From: an uncultured virus (IMG/VR IMGVR_UViG_3300021962_000002)
Taxonomy: Duplodnaviria; Heunggongvirae; Uroviricota; Caudoviricetes
Direction: 5' to 3' (one strand)
Length of the DNA: 64,000 bases
IMG/VR virus record: IMGVR_UViG_3300021962_000002
Under the pieces are notes generated by a model. It was not told the DNA's origin. It was given only the letters and a program-made list of their open reading frames with translations, and made no database searches. Shown piece by piece: positions 1 to 8,965 of the stretch (its first letter is position 1; the number at the start of each line of letters is the position of its first letter). Both the position numbers and the translations under genes were made by a program.

Positions 1-1
1 T

Positions 2-91
2 CCACAACCTTCAGCGGTCATTTTTGACGCAAGAAACCAAGACAAGGGAGAACTCCCAATTATTCACCGTAGAATCTACACAGCAGAATGA
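2..91 (+). CDS. 3' end of a gene truncated by the window edge (..PQPSAVIFDARNQDKGELPIIHRRIYTAE*)
   Basis: Open frame from base 2 to TGA at 89-91, overlapping the next ATG (ATGA coupling). Confidence 0.6.
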   Translation, partial: PQPSAVIFDARNQDKGELPIIHRRIYTAE

Positions 92-324
92 AAAAGATTG
101 GAAACCTAGATAAGCTGATGTCTGATATTGGCGCATTAATAGCACCGACTATTAGGGAAGATGAATTTACTGTTGCTGACTTTAGAGCTAAATTTAAAAT
201 ACCAGACAGAACAGCAAGATCGTTACTTGAGTCACAAAAAGATTCTGGCATACTGAAATCACGCAAAGTTCTTATTAATGGCAAATATTGTAATGCTTAT
301 TCTGATGGTAAAAGCAAGCCATAG
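88..324 (+). CDS. Small winged-helix-like DNA-binding protein
   Basis: 78 aa, FTVADFRAKFKIPDRTARSLLESQKDSGILKSRKV resembles an HTH plus wing. Confidence 0.5.
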   Translation: MKKIGNLDKLMSDIGALIAPTIREDEFTVADFRAKFKIPDRTARSLLESQKDSGILKSRKVLINGKYCNAYSDGKSKP

Positions 325-338
325 TTTAGTTGGCTAAA
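325..338. repeat. Palindromic site TTTAGYYRRCTAAA (copy 1 of at least 11)
   Basis: TTTAGTTGGCTAAA. Other full copies start at 5494, 15695, 21044, 26203, 28482, 32746, 45282, 46913, 53368 and 61174; one-mismatch copies at 37641 and 47082. Confidence 0.9.
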
Positions 339-348
339 ACAAATACAC

Positions 349-376
349 TTGCCAATAACTAAAAATTAGCTACCTT
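349..376 (+). promoter_or_regulatory. Putative sigma70-type promoter
   Basis: TTGCCA-N16-TACCTT, 10 nt before ATG 387. Confidence 0.4.
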
Positions 377-386
377 CTTTTCAGGT

Positions 387-1634
387 ATGAGTATTCCAAT
401 GCAGCGGTATCCAATCTTTGATGTTGCGTCTCCTTTGCGTGACTTAGTGTTCTACGAGATTGTTGATTACAACATTAAATCCAATAGGGACATGGAGTAT
501 GGAACACCACACCATAACATCCAGTCTTACCCTAATCATCAACTGGTTTACATTACGCCAAATGACAAAGAAGGAAAAACTTATCGGTTTTACTACGCAG
601 CTAATAGGGAGAATCAAGATGATTACAACTGGCAGATTTCAAACGGTGAACAATTGGTTCGCACGTATCTTATTTCACGTGAACTATATTACGAAAGAAG
701 CGAAGCTGAAGCAGCTGCATCATCCATCATTAATGGTGAGTTTACCTATCCAGTAATTGGAACTCCAGATGTTCGATTTGCTAAATACGGATTTGCTGAT
801 GATACCGTAAATGATGCACCTCAAGAACTTGCCAGTCGTTACATCTTGATTCAAAGAAGATTTCTTGAACCAGTTACAAATGAAGTAATTTGGAGTGATG
901 ATTTCAAAAAGTATATTAAGGTTACAAAAGAATTAATACCTGCAACATTAAATCCTACTCCACCTGCGCAAGAAGCTGGTAAAAGTGTCGAAATTAAAAA
1001 AGGCAATAGATTTCACGATATCCGTATTACTAGTCAATTAATTTTATCAGGAGGCGTATTTGCCACTTATGAAAATCCATCTATACCAGATTACAGGGGG
1101 TATACTTTCCCAGATAAATTAGAATCCATTAATCTTGTTTATGTGTGGGCGTGGGCAGCTTCTACTAGTGCTGTTGAATCCTATTCAGAGGATTTTTATT
1201 TTGATTACAAAATAATTAGTCCAAGACCAGGTCCTTACTCTGCTACTATTCGTAGATTTATAACAGGTGATCCACAGTCAATAAAAACACTGTATCCAAT
1301 TCAATATGCGCCATCACCAGTCAAGGAAACTATGGCAGTAGTTTATGCTTGGTATAAAGCTAGCCTAGAGGGTAATGCTACTAATGCAGTTGCAGATGAG
1401 CAACAACTACCAGCAAGTATACATGGCCCAATTACCGTTACAGAAAATGGACAAGGCGTTGGAACTCAACCATCGAGAACAAGGCGATATACAAGCAGCT
1501 TCTCCGCAACTACTGGATTTACTGATTTTATGGCTTTGAGCACTATGACAATAGGATACGAAGTGCGTGAACTTCCATTAAATCTATATGAAGTTAAAGT
1601 AATACAAATCGACAAATCTAATCTATATGGGTAA
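387..1634 (+). CDS. Putative virion/tail structural protein
   Basis: 415 aa, aromatic and beta-strand-rich, in late gene block; no motif recognised. Confidence 0.45.
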   Translation: MSIPMQRYPIFDVASPLRDLVFYEIVDYNIKSNRDMEYGTPHHNIQSYPNHQLVYITPNDKEGKTYRFYYAANRENQDDYNWQISNGEQLVRTYLISRELYYERSEAEAAASSIINGEFTYPVIGTPDVRFAKYGFADDTVNDAPQELASRYILIQRRFLEPVTNEVIWSDDFKKYIKVTKELIPATLNPTPPAQEAGKSVEIKKGNRFHDIRITSQLILSGGVFATYENPSIPDYRGYTFPDKLESINLVYVWAWAASTSAVESYSEDFYFDYKIISPRPGPYSATIRRFITGDPQSIKTLYPIQYAPSPVKETMAVVYAWYKASLEGNATNAVADEQQLPASIHGPITVTENGQGVGTQPSRTRRYTSSFSATTGFTDFMALSTMTIGYEVRELPLNLYEVKVIQIDKSNLYG

Positions 1635-3279
1635 TAAAACATTGCGAGACTACGAAAGTAGCGAGCCTGAAAATCTTTACAATTCTGTCAATTCAGATAA
1701 AAATTTAGTAAATGGTGCAAATCCGCAACCTATTGTAAATTCATCCAATTCAGAACGCTCCAGCAAAAGAAATGGAGATGGAAGACCTAATATTAATCCT
1801 GCTTTACGGCATGATGCTTTCAAGCTTGATCATGGAACAAATGGAGCACGCATAACACGTGGATGGCTTGAGTGGTATGTCACAAGAATTGTATTTGAAA
1901 AAAAATACATTTACAATTCATCTGGACTTCTTGTTGATGAAGTAAACTCATTGGCATCACAAGAACCAATTGATGGTGTTAAAATAATGCAAATGGCAGA
2001 AGCCGCAGCTTATGAGGATAGTGATTGGTTGCAACTTAATTGGTATGGAGATGTGTGGGCGGTTGTAGAGCTATCTGAAGAAACTGGTGAACCAGTATCT
2101 CTTAATATTGAAGGCCCTGCCGAGCCAGTAATGAGGCCAATTCCAAGACTTGACTCTGATTTGTCACGTGAAGCTTCAGACAGTGGCGACTTGGGGACAT
2201 GTGGATATGCAGTTAAAATTGGAACAGTGCCTGAAAATGACAAGGTAGTTCAAATGCATATTGGAAATCTTTATTGGTTTGTATCATTTATTCCAGAAGC
2301 TACTGCAATTCCAAGTAGTGACGGAAGCGATGATAGTTCTGATGGTTCTGATGATTCGGATGGGGGAGGCTCTGACTCAGATGAATCAGGAGATTCAGAT
2401 GGATCTGATGACACAGAATGTTGTCCAATAATTTCAGTTCAATCAGTTGCTATGGTTAATAGTGATTGTTTTGCTAGTAATTTACCTCAAACAGTATTGG
2501 TATTAGTTACAGCTACAATAACTGGCAATCCATGTAATTGTCGCAATGCTTTTGTAGAGATTTCTTTTGCGGGACAAAAACAATATTTTAATTTAGGATT
2601 TGCAGGTCAAGGAACAGTAACTGGGTTTTTCCAGATTATGGGAACGCCATGCACTACTTATGGTGGAACTGTATGTTGGCGCACTTCAGTAAATACTGCT
2701 GGTGACAATTGTAGTTCAAGAGTTTGTTGTGAAGACTATACCGTAAGAACACCATCAATTTGCGATAGTGGATGTAGTTCAGATGAGTCTGATTCAGATG
2801 GTTCAGACGACTCTGGGAGTGATGGATCTGATGATTCAGGAAGTGATGGTTCTGATGAATCAGGAAGTGATGGCTCTGATGATAAAACCTGTATTGTTCC
2901 AAGTTTATATTCAACAACTGGATACACCGCATTGCGTTGCGTTGAATCTCCAGAAGTCTGGTTTGTGGATATTATGCGAGGAATTCAAATGGATGTAAGA
3001 CAAGTTCAAATTCCTATTGATCCTCAATTTATAGAAGTATGTGCAGCAAATTCATTAGTTGTAACTACAGTTCAGGCAGACAAGCCAGTTGTTATTGGAG
3101 CTAGAATAATTAAAAACGATAAAGGTTTTTCTTGTGTTGAATTAACAAAACCTTGGTTATGTGGTAAAATATCTGTAGTTGTTACATTGCAAGGTATCAG
3201 AAGTGGATTCCGCAATCGTTTTCCTGAAAAAACTCTTATGGAATATGGCAAAAACAAACATTTCTGGGAGCAATTATAA
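1627..3279 (+). CDS. Putative tail spike/fibre-type protein with two Asp-Ser-Gly repeat tracts, a 12-Cys domain and a C-terminal chaperone-like domain
   Basis: SDGSDDSG repeats flank a Cys-rich ~120-aa domain. The C-terminus (KTCIVP..ESPEVWFVD..IPIDPQFIE..GIRSGF) resembles C-terminal intramolecular-chaperone-like domains of phage tail proteins. Confidence 0.55.
   Translation: MGNKTLRDYESSEPENLYNSVNSDKNLVNGANPQPIVNSSNSERSSKRNGDGRPNINPALRHDAFKLDHGTNGARITRGWLEWYVTRIVFEKKYIYNSSGLLVDEVNSLASQEPIDGVKIMQMAEAAAYEDSDWLQLNWYGDVWAVVELSEETGEPVSLNIEGPAEPVMRPIPRLDSDLSREASDSGDLGTCGYAVKIGTVPENDKVVQMHIGNLYWFVSFIPEATAIPSSDGSDDSSDGSDDSDGGGSDSDESGDSDGSDDTECCPIISVQSVAMVNSDCFASNLPQTVLVLVTATITGNPCNCRNAFVEISFAGQKQYFNLGFAGQGTVTGFFQIMGTPCTTYGGTVCWRTSVNTAGDNCSSRVCCEDYTVRTPSICDSGCSSDESDSDGSDDSGSDGSDDSGSDGSDESGSDGSDDKTCIVPSLYSTTGYTALRCVESPEVWFVDIMRGIQMDVRQVQIPIDPQFIEVCAANSLVVTTVQADKPVVIGARIIKNDKGFSCVELTKPWLCGKISVVVTLQGIRSGFRNRFPEKTLMEYGKNKHFWEQL
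2314..2412 (+). repeat. Low-complexity Ser/Asp/Gly coding repeat tract 1
   Basis: Encodes SSDGSDDSSDGSDDSDGGGSDSDESGDSDGSDD. Confidence 0.9.
2776..2883 (+). repeat. Ser/Asp/Gly coding repeat tract 2 (24-bp unit, SDGSD[D/E]SG, about 4 copies)
   Basis: Tandem units like agtgatggNtctgatgaWtcagga. Confidence 0.9.
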
Positions 3280-3281
3280 TT

Positions 3282-4688
3282 ATGATTTTAGATGAGATAT
3301 TTGAATGGGTTGTTGTAATATCCTTAAAAGAACAAGTTGAGCGAAGAGATCGAGCACTTAGTGTTTTACGCTCCGCTAATTTATCTGATCGAGTTCAAGT
3401 CTTTGATGCAATAGTAGGAAAAAATGAAGTGCGCCCTAAATGGTGGCCTAATGGCGCTGGAGCATGGGGATGTTATCGTAGTCATGTAGAAGTATTAATT
3501 GCAGCAAAACAAGCAGGAGTGAGTTCAGTATTGATTCTTGAAGACGATGTTGTGTGGGCTAATGGAGCAGCTGAAGCAATTAAAAAATTAATGTCTGATA
3601 TTCCCAGTGATTGGGCGCAATTATATTTAGGTGGGCAACATAGATGGGAACCTCAACGCATTGCAGATAAAAAAAGCGTATTAATTGGAAGATCAGTCCA
3701 TAGAACACATGCATACGCAGTAAGAGGTGATGCAATTGATGAAGTGTTAAAGCATTTAGATCGAATAGAAGACTTTGCTGAATCAAAACAAAAAGGTGAA
3801 AAACGCCATATAGACCATCACCTTGAAGATGCACATCGCAAAAAAAAATGGTCTGTTTACTCTCCATTACGATGGATTGCTGGACAAGGCGAAGCGTATT
3901 CAACAATTCTAGGAAGACACAAAGAAGAACAATGGTGGCAACCACGTAAGATTTTAGAAGCAGAAAGGAAATTGATTATTATGAAAGAAAGAAAAACAAG
4001 TGATGTACCGTTTGTAATTTTTGGAACACCAAGAAGTGGATCAACATTATTAATTCGAATGCTGAATAAAATGGATGGCGTTGCTTGTAATGGGGAACGA
4101 CGAGATTTTCTATGGTGTCTAAAGGGGTTGTATGATCATCGTTCAGCATTAGAATCAAGATCTCCTCATTCATTTGAAGACTTGGATACTGTAGTTGAGC
4201 GTAATGAGTTTCCATCACATCATAATAAAAGCACAAAAGACGGTTGGTCAACTGCATGTGAAAACACGCTACGTGCATGGTGCGGTGGAGAAGGGGAATC
4301 TGGCAGTAAAGCATGGGGAATGAAAGAAGTCCATGTAGGTAAAATTGGTGGTCAATATTTATTCCAAATATGCGACTGGCTTCAAGGAATGGTTTCTGGT
4401 ATTAAGTTTATTTTTTTGACAAGAGAACTTGAGGCGACTTTGATATCAATGATGAAGAACCCTAAATGGTGGATTCCTTCTTATGCTTCATGTGCAGCGG
4501 GATGTGAACGAGCAATCAAAACACAAAAATCAGCTATGAGCGATTATGCGGCACTCTATCCTTCTTCTTGTATTGAACTCGATTACAAAGATCTACTCAA
4601 TTTTGAAACATTGCAGAAAAAATTAAAAGAAGTTAATATTGAGTTAAGCGAAGAAGCATGGAAACAAACGATAAGTGTTAAAATTTAA
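3282..4688 (+). CDS. Glycosyltransferase family 25 - sulfotransferase fusion
   Basis: N-half has GT25 motifs (ISL..ERR, FDAI, GCYRSH, LILEDD, LYLG, THAYAV). C-half has the PAPS-binding loop GTPRSGSTLL plus WGMKE and FIFLTR. Confidence 0.85.
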   Translation: MILDEIFEWVVVISLKEQVERRDRALSVLRSANLSDRVQVFDAIVGKNEVRPKWWPNGAGAWGCYRSHVEVLIAAKQAGVSSVLILEDDVVWANGAAEAIKKLMSDIPSDWAQLYLGGQHRWEPQRIADKKSVLIGRSVHRTHAYAVRGDAIDEVLKHLDRIEDFAESKQKGEKRHIDHHLEDAHRKKKWSVYSPLRWIAGQGEAYSTILGRHKEEQWWQPRKILEAERKLIIMKERKTSDVPFVIFGTPRSGSTLLIRMLNKMDGVACNGERRDFLWCLKGLYDHRSALESRSPHSFEDLDTVVERNEFPSHHNKSTKDGWSTACENTLRAWCGGEGESGSKAWGMKEVHVGKIGGQYLFQICDWLQGMVSGIKFIFLTRELEATLISMMKNPKWWIPSYASCAAGCERAIKTQKSAMSDYAALYPSSCIELDYKDLLNFETLQKKLKEVNIELSEEAWKQTISVKI

Positions 4689-4699
4689 TTAATTGGTCT

Positions 4700-5473
4700 A
4701 TGAAAGAAACATCACTTGATGAGCCATTGCGAGTTGTTATGAGCGGCGATTTAATGGCATTACCAATGTTGTCTACGTGCGTAGCTTCAATCGTAAGGCA
4801 TACATTACGTAAGCGTGTAGAAGTTGATATTTATACTCGCGCAATTACTTTACCTGAAGACATTGTGACAGAAAGATTAACTGTGCATTTTCGACGGCCT
4901 CCGCAATCAGTAGAGTGTAGTCAAGGTCGATTGCCCAGTGAAATGTTTGACAGATTATGGGTAATGGAGGAAAGGCATGAATGGTCGCGTTGTTTGGTTT
5001 GGGATTGGGATATGATTGCTGTTGGTAACATTGATGAAATGTATAATGTCGAAATGGATGATCAGTATGGCGCGTATGTCGTATCACCCAAAAGGACAAC
5101 ATATATACAGAATAATTGGACAAAACGTGGAGCGTGGGCCAAAGAAATGCCAGGAGCAGAACAAGTGTATTTTAGGTTTGGTGGATTAATGAATTTAGAC
5201 AAATGCCGCCAAGATCAAATTATGAAACAAATGCTAGAATGGTCTTATAATGGCAGCACTGAACAGGCATTGCTTGCATGTGTAATGATGGGAAATTATA
5301 AACCATTAGAAACTAAATGGAATGTATTGCCAAGTATTGAACAAATACCTCAGGATGCCAGAGTATTGCATTTCTTTGGAACAAGGAAGCCATGGACACA
5401 CCCTGATGTAAAAGGCATAGAATCATGGGTCAAAGAACAAACAAGTTGGAATGAATTGCGGAAAGGTATTTAA
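4700..5473 (+). CDS. Glycosyltransferase family 8-like protein
   Basis: DxD motif (WDWDM), EQALL, KWNV and C-terminal HFFGTRKPW typical of GT8. Confidence 0.8.
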   Translation: MKETSLDEPLRVVMSGDLMALPMLSTCVASIVRHTLRKRVEVDIYTRAITLPEDIVTERLTVHFRRPPQSVECSQGRLPSEMFDRLWVMEERHEWSRCLVWDWDMIAVGNIDEMYNVEMDDQYGAYVVSPKRTTYIQNNWTKRGAWAKEMPGAEQVYFRFGGLMNLDKCRQDQIMKQMLEWSYNGSTEQALLACVMMGNYKPLETKWNVLPSIEQIPQDARVLHFFGTRKPWTHPDVKGIESWVKEQTSWNELRKGI

Positions 5474-5520
5474 TTCTGTTGTTATTTATTTATTTTAGTT
5501 GGCTAAACCAGACATTTTAA

Positions 5521-5548
5521 TTGCAAGAATCCTAGAGATGTGTAACTT
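5521..5548 (+). promoter_or_regulatory. Putative leaderless sigma70-type promoter
   Basis: TTGCAA-N16-TAACTT-N6-ATG(5555); palindrome at 5494-5507 just upstream. Confidence 0.55.
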
Positions 5549-5554
5549 CAACGC

Positions 5555-6223
5555 ATGTCTCAAATCTTAACATTTGCTGAAGCACAGCAACGATTCTCCA
5601 ATTTGGTGACAACCGAAGTTGATATTGGCGATGCTATCCAAGAAGTAATAGACCGCGCCTATGAAATGGGACGCTGGAGAGGCATGATGGAAGAGATTGA
5701 ATGCACCACTAACCAATATGTTACAATTAGAGAAGATACTGAAAAAGATGAAGTTTATCTTGATTTTGATCCTGCTCAATTTGATGGAGCTATTGGCTTC
5801 CGTCAAGGAGGTAGAGGATACGGAATCAAAACATTAGTATCCTTGTATCAAGAAGATACCAGTGTTGGTGATTTATCTTTTATTGATATTGGGGATGTGA
5901 TTGTCAACGATGTCACTTATCGTCGTTACAGAGTGCCTCGTTACTGGAGTAGCCCTATAGTTGAGCTATACGCGCTTCTGAAGAAGGTCAGCAAGTCTCC
6001 ACTGGCCGATAATGACATTCTACCCATCAAAAGCATTGGAGCGCTTAAATCAGGCATTCTGGCCGTTGCTTACGAGAATGTAAACGACATGGAAAGAGCA
6101 GATGCTCACTGGCAGAAATTCATGCAACTCATGGAGAGAGCACAGAAACAATATAACGGAGGTCGCAAGATTTCTATTCGATTTAACGACAACATCAGAA
6201 AACGTCCAACCCAATTTAAATAA
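5555..6223 (+). CDS. Putative virion structural protein (head-tail adaptor-like)
   Basis: 222 aa, helical N- and C-termini, precedes the ejection-protein-like trio; positional inference. Confidence 0.4.
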   Translation: MSQILTFAEAQQRFSNLVTTEVDIGDAIQEVIDRAYEMGRWRGMMEEIECTTNQYVTIREDTEKDEVYLDFDPAQFDGAIGFRQGGRGYGIKTLVSLYQEDTSVGDLSFIDIGDVIVNDVTYRRYRVPRYWSSPIVELYALLKKVSKSPLADNDILPIKSIGALKSGILAVAYENVNDMERADAHWQKFMQLMERAQKQYNGGRKISIRFNDNIRKRPTQFK

Positions 6224-7479
6224 TGTCACTACAACAAGATCCCTCAAAAAGTTTTGGCTCTACATCTTATTTTCAAAATAAAGATGAACAACGCCGTGTG
6301 GTAAATGACATGCGTAGAGAGCAACGTAACAAGCGTATTGCTCAACAAGGCCTTACCCGTAATATTAAAAGAGCAATCAGAAAAGGTGAGAATCCTGGAG
6401 CTTTTATTAATGCCGCCAAAGAAATGAGTCTTGATCCATTAGGTGGTGGTGGGTTTGGTCCTGAAGCTGCACAAAGAGATGCTGCGCTAAGAGCTAAAGC
6501 TGCCGCTGGATTTGAGGAGGTTAGTCAGCAGAGACAAAAGTCTGACAAAGCATTTGGTAATAAAAAAGAAAATATCAAAAAAGAAAGTTCAACATCAACT
6601 GTTGGTTCTGTAGGTTCATCTTCAGCAAGTAGTTCTGACACTACTGAAGCAAGTAATATTGAAGGAGTTGATGCTGGTGTAGATAGCAATGTAAGCAACA
6701 AACCTAAAGAGCCAGAATGGTTTACTGGTGATGTTAAGAAAGACACTACATTTAGAGGGGTGGATCTTACTAATCCTAGATTTATTGGAAAAAGCAGAGA
6801 AGAAGCTCGTCAAATGGTTATGTCTGATAAAGCTAGCAAAGCTTTGAGACAGTTTGATGTGGATGGAAAAGCTCTTGCACAAAAAGAAAAAGATGCAGCC
6901 TTTGCGCAAGAAAAACAAAACATTGAAGCACAAGGCAACATTGCAAGAGAGCAGGTTAGCCAGATGGATATAGACAAAAAAACACAAGCTGCTCTTGATC
7001 CAACAAACATAGCAAAACAAAAAGTTGACTTTGCGGCTTCTCAAGCTAGAAGCGAAGAATACAAAAAAGCTTTAGCGAGATTTGAATCTATAACCCCAGC
7101 ATTAGACAAGGGTGTAGAAAGCGTGGGATTATTTCAAGATTATACAGATGCATCCATGGCTGAAATCAAAGCACAGTCTAATATTATGCAAAGATTAAAT
7201 ACTTCAAATATAATGCGTGATGCTCAAATTCAAAGAGATGCTCAACTTCAAGCAGATCAGCAAATTAGAGAAGATCAACAAAGGTCTATAGACTTAAATG
7301 CTGGAATACAAATAAATGAAAATACTCGCGTAGCAAACATGATAACATCAGCTAATCGAGATTTATTCAATCGTTCCACAAAAGGTAAGATTTACAATGC
7401 TGGAAGCGCAATGGCTGATGCAGTAGCTAAAGCAACTTCATCTATTTTCAATAACACAAATCCATACTACATAAAATAA
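6223..7479 (+). CDS. Putative internal virion/ejection protein
   Basis: 418 aa, Ala/Gln/Lys-rich and helical, no Cys; first of three genes of increasing size. Confidence 0.45.
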   Translation: MSLQQDPSKSFGSTSYFQNKDEQRRVVNDMRREQRNKRIAQQGLTRNIKRAIRKGENPGAFINAAKEMSLDPLGGGGFGPEAAQRDAALRAKAAAGFEEVSQQRQKSDKAFGNKKENIKKESSTSTVGSVGSSSASSSDTTEASNIEGVDAGVDSNVSNKPKEPEWFTGDVKKDTTFRGVDLTNPRFIGKSREEARQMVMSDKASKALRQFDVDGKALAQKEKDAAFAQEKQNIEAQGNIAREQVSQMDIDKKTQAALDPTNIAKQKVDFAASQARSEEYKKALARFESITPALDKGVESVGLFQDYTDASMAEIKAQSNIMQRLNTSNIMRDAQIQRDAQLQADQQIREDQQRSIDLNAGIQINENTRVANMITSANRDLFNRSTKGKIYNAGSAMADAVAKATSSIFNNTNPYYIK

Positions 7480-7480
7480 T

Positions 7481-8962
7481 ATGCCAAGTCCATTTGATAA
7501 AGTTACAGAGTCTCAGCAGTTAAGAAACTATTTGGAGAATCGTCCAGTTGTTGAAGAATTAGCTAGAAGCCAAGATGTTGTATTTCAAGCTGAAATGAAC
7601 AGGCTTGGTTTAGAGGAAAAGCAAAAAGAAATGGCGATAAATGACGAGAATCGTGCAATAATGAAAAGCTACGATGAAAACGTCACTAGCCAATCATCTA
7701 GTCCAGAAGACTTAATGAAGCGAACACAAGACTTCCTTAAGAAAAACCCTAGAAGCTCTGCTGCGATTATGGAATATGCTGGTAAGGCATCTTCATTTTT
7801 TGACATGGGTAACAAGAGCAAGCTTTCAGGCATTCAACTTGAGCAAGCAGTTCGTGAAAATGAAGCTCAAAAGAAATTTCAAGAATTAAACGAAAGATCT
7901 ATTCAAGCAAATCTTGAATCCAGCATTCTTAAATCCTCTCAAGAAAAATCAACTATTGAAATAAATAGCTACAAAGAAAACAAAAGCAAGATTGATGGCA
8001 TTACTGGTATGTTTGCGTCAATTGACAGGCTTGGCCTTGATAAGAAAACCAAAGCGGCTATTGCAAATGTTAATAATAACTATTACAAGAAGATTAAGGA
8101 TTCTTCTAATCGCGAAGATTCTCAGAGCAAGCTTGATTCACAAAAATATTTTGATGAAGCAAATAAGATTTTTGCTCCATTGCTTGAGTTTGATGCCGTC
8201 AACAAAACATTGAGAAGTTCTGCTAGTGTGAAACATGCAGAAACAAGAATTAAAGCAGAGCAACAATATCAACAACAATACCAACAATGGGCTGCAACAA
8301 AAAACAAAGAAGGCGCTGATGCGGCTTCTTTGACTTTTGACAAGTTTCTGATTGATTCTTACAATCAAAAAGATGAATCAAATACTGTTGGGAATGCAAT
8401 GATGCGTGACAGCAAACAAGCTGAAATGCTTGAAGATTTTGGCGAGCTTTCTGAAGCTGCAAATGAGTTTCAAAAATACAATGCTGCATTACTTGAATCT
8501 ATTGATCCTATTACTGGAATGCCAAGTGATGATAAAATGGGGAATCTTGCAATGCGTTCAGAAAGCATGAACCTTTTATTGAAGCAATCAATTGAAAGAA
8601 AAAAAATAAAGGCTGACACTTATTCCCAACAGCTTGAACAAGAGAAAGCTCTCCGAGATATTGCTCTTGATGAAGCCGATCTTCGCGATACAGAATCACT
8701 AATTAGAGCTAGAGATGAGGGGCGTATTGATATTAATGATCCTGAGCTACAAAGCCTTCAATCAGAAAAATCTGCTATACTTAGAAGTATTCGTCAAGAA
8801 GAGTCAAAGAAAGCGGAGAAAAATGGCGCAACTAAGGCTCGAACGAAATTAATCGAAAAACTTGAAAAACAAGTAGGAGACTTAAATAAAGAAATCACTA
8901 ATAGACGAAACGCTATTACACAGAAATCAAACGCAACAAATTCAGTAAATCCAGCAGAATAA
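7481..8962 (+). CDS. Putative internal virion/ejection protein (coiled-coil)
   Basis: 493 aa, heptad-rich, no Cys, directly upstream of the giant gene. Confidence 0.45.
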   Translation: MPSPFDKVTESQQLRNYLENRPVVEELARSQDVVFQAEMNRLGLEEKQKEMAINDENRAIMKSYDENVTSQSSSPEDLMKRTQDFLKKNPRSSAAIMEYAGKASSFFDMGNKSKLSGIQLEQAVRENEAQKKFQELNERSIQANLESSILKSSQEKSTIEINSYKENKSKIDGITGMFASIDRLGLDKKTKAAIANVNNNYYKKIKDSSNREDSQSKLDSQKYFDEANKIFAPLLEFDAVNKTLRSSASVKHAETRIKAEQQYQQQYQQWAATKNKEGADAASLTFDKFLIDSYNQKDESNTVGNAMMRDSKQAEMLEDFGELSEAANEFQKYNAALLESIDPITGMPSDDKMGNLAMRSESMNLLLKQSIERKKIKADTYSQQLEQEKALRDIALDEADLRDTESLIRARDEGRIDINDPELQSLQSEKSAILRSIRQEESKKAEKNGATKARTKLIEKLEKQVGDLNKEITNRRNAITQKSNATNSVNPAE

Positions 8963-8965
8963 CTT

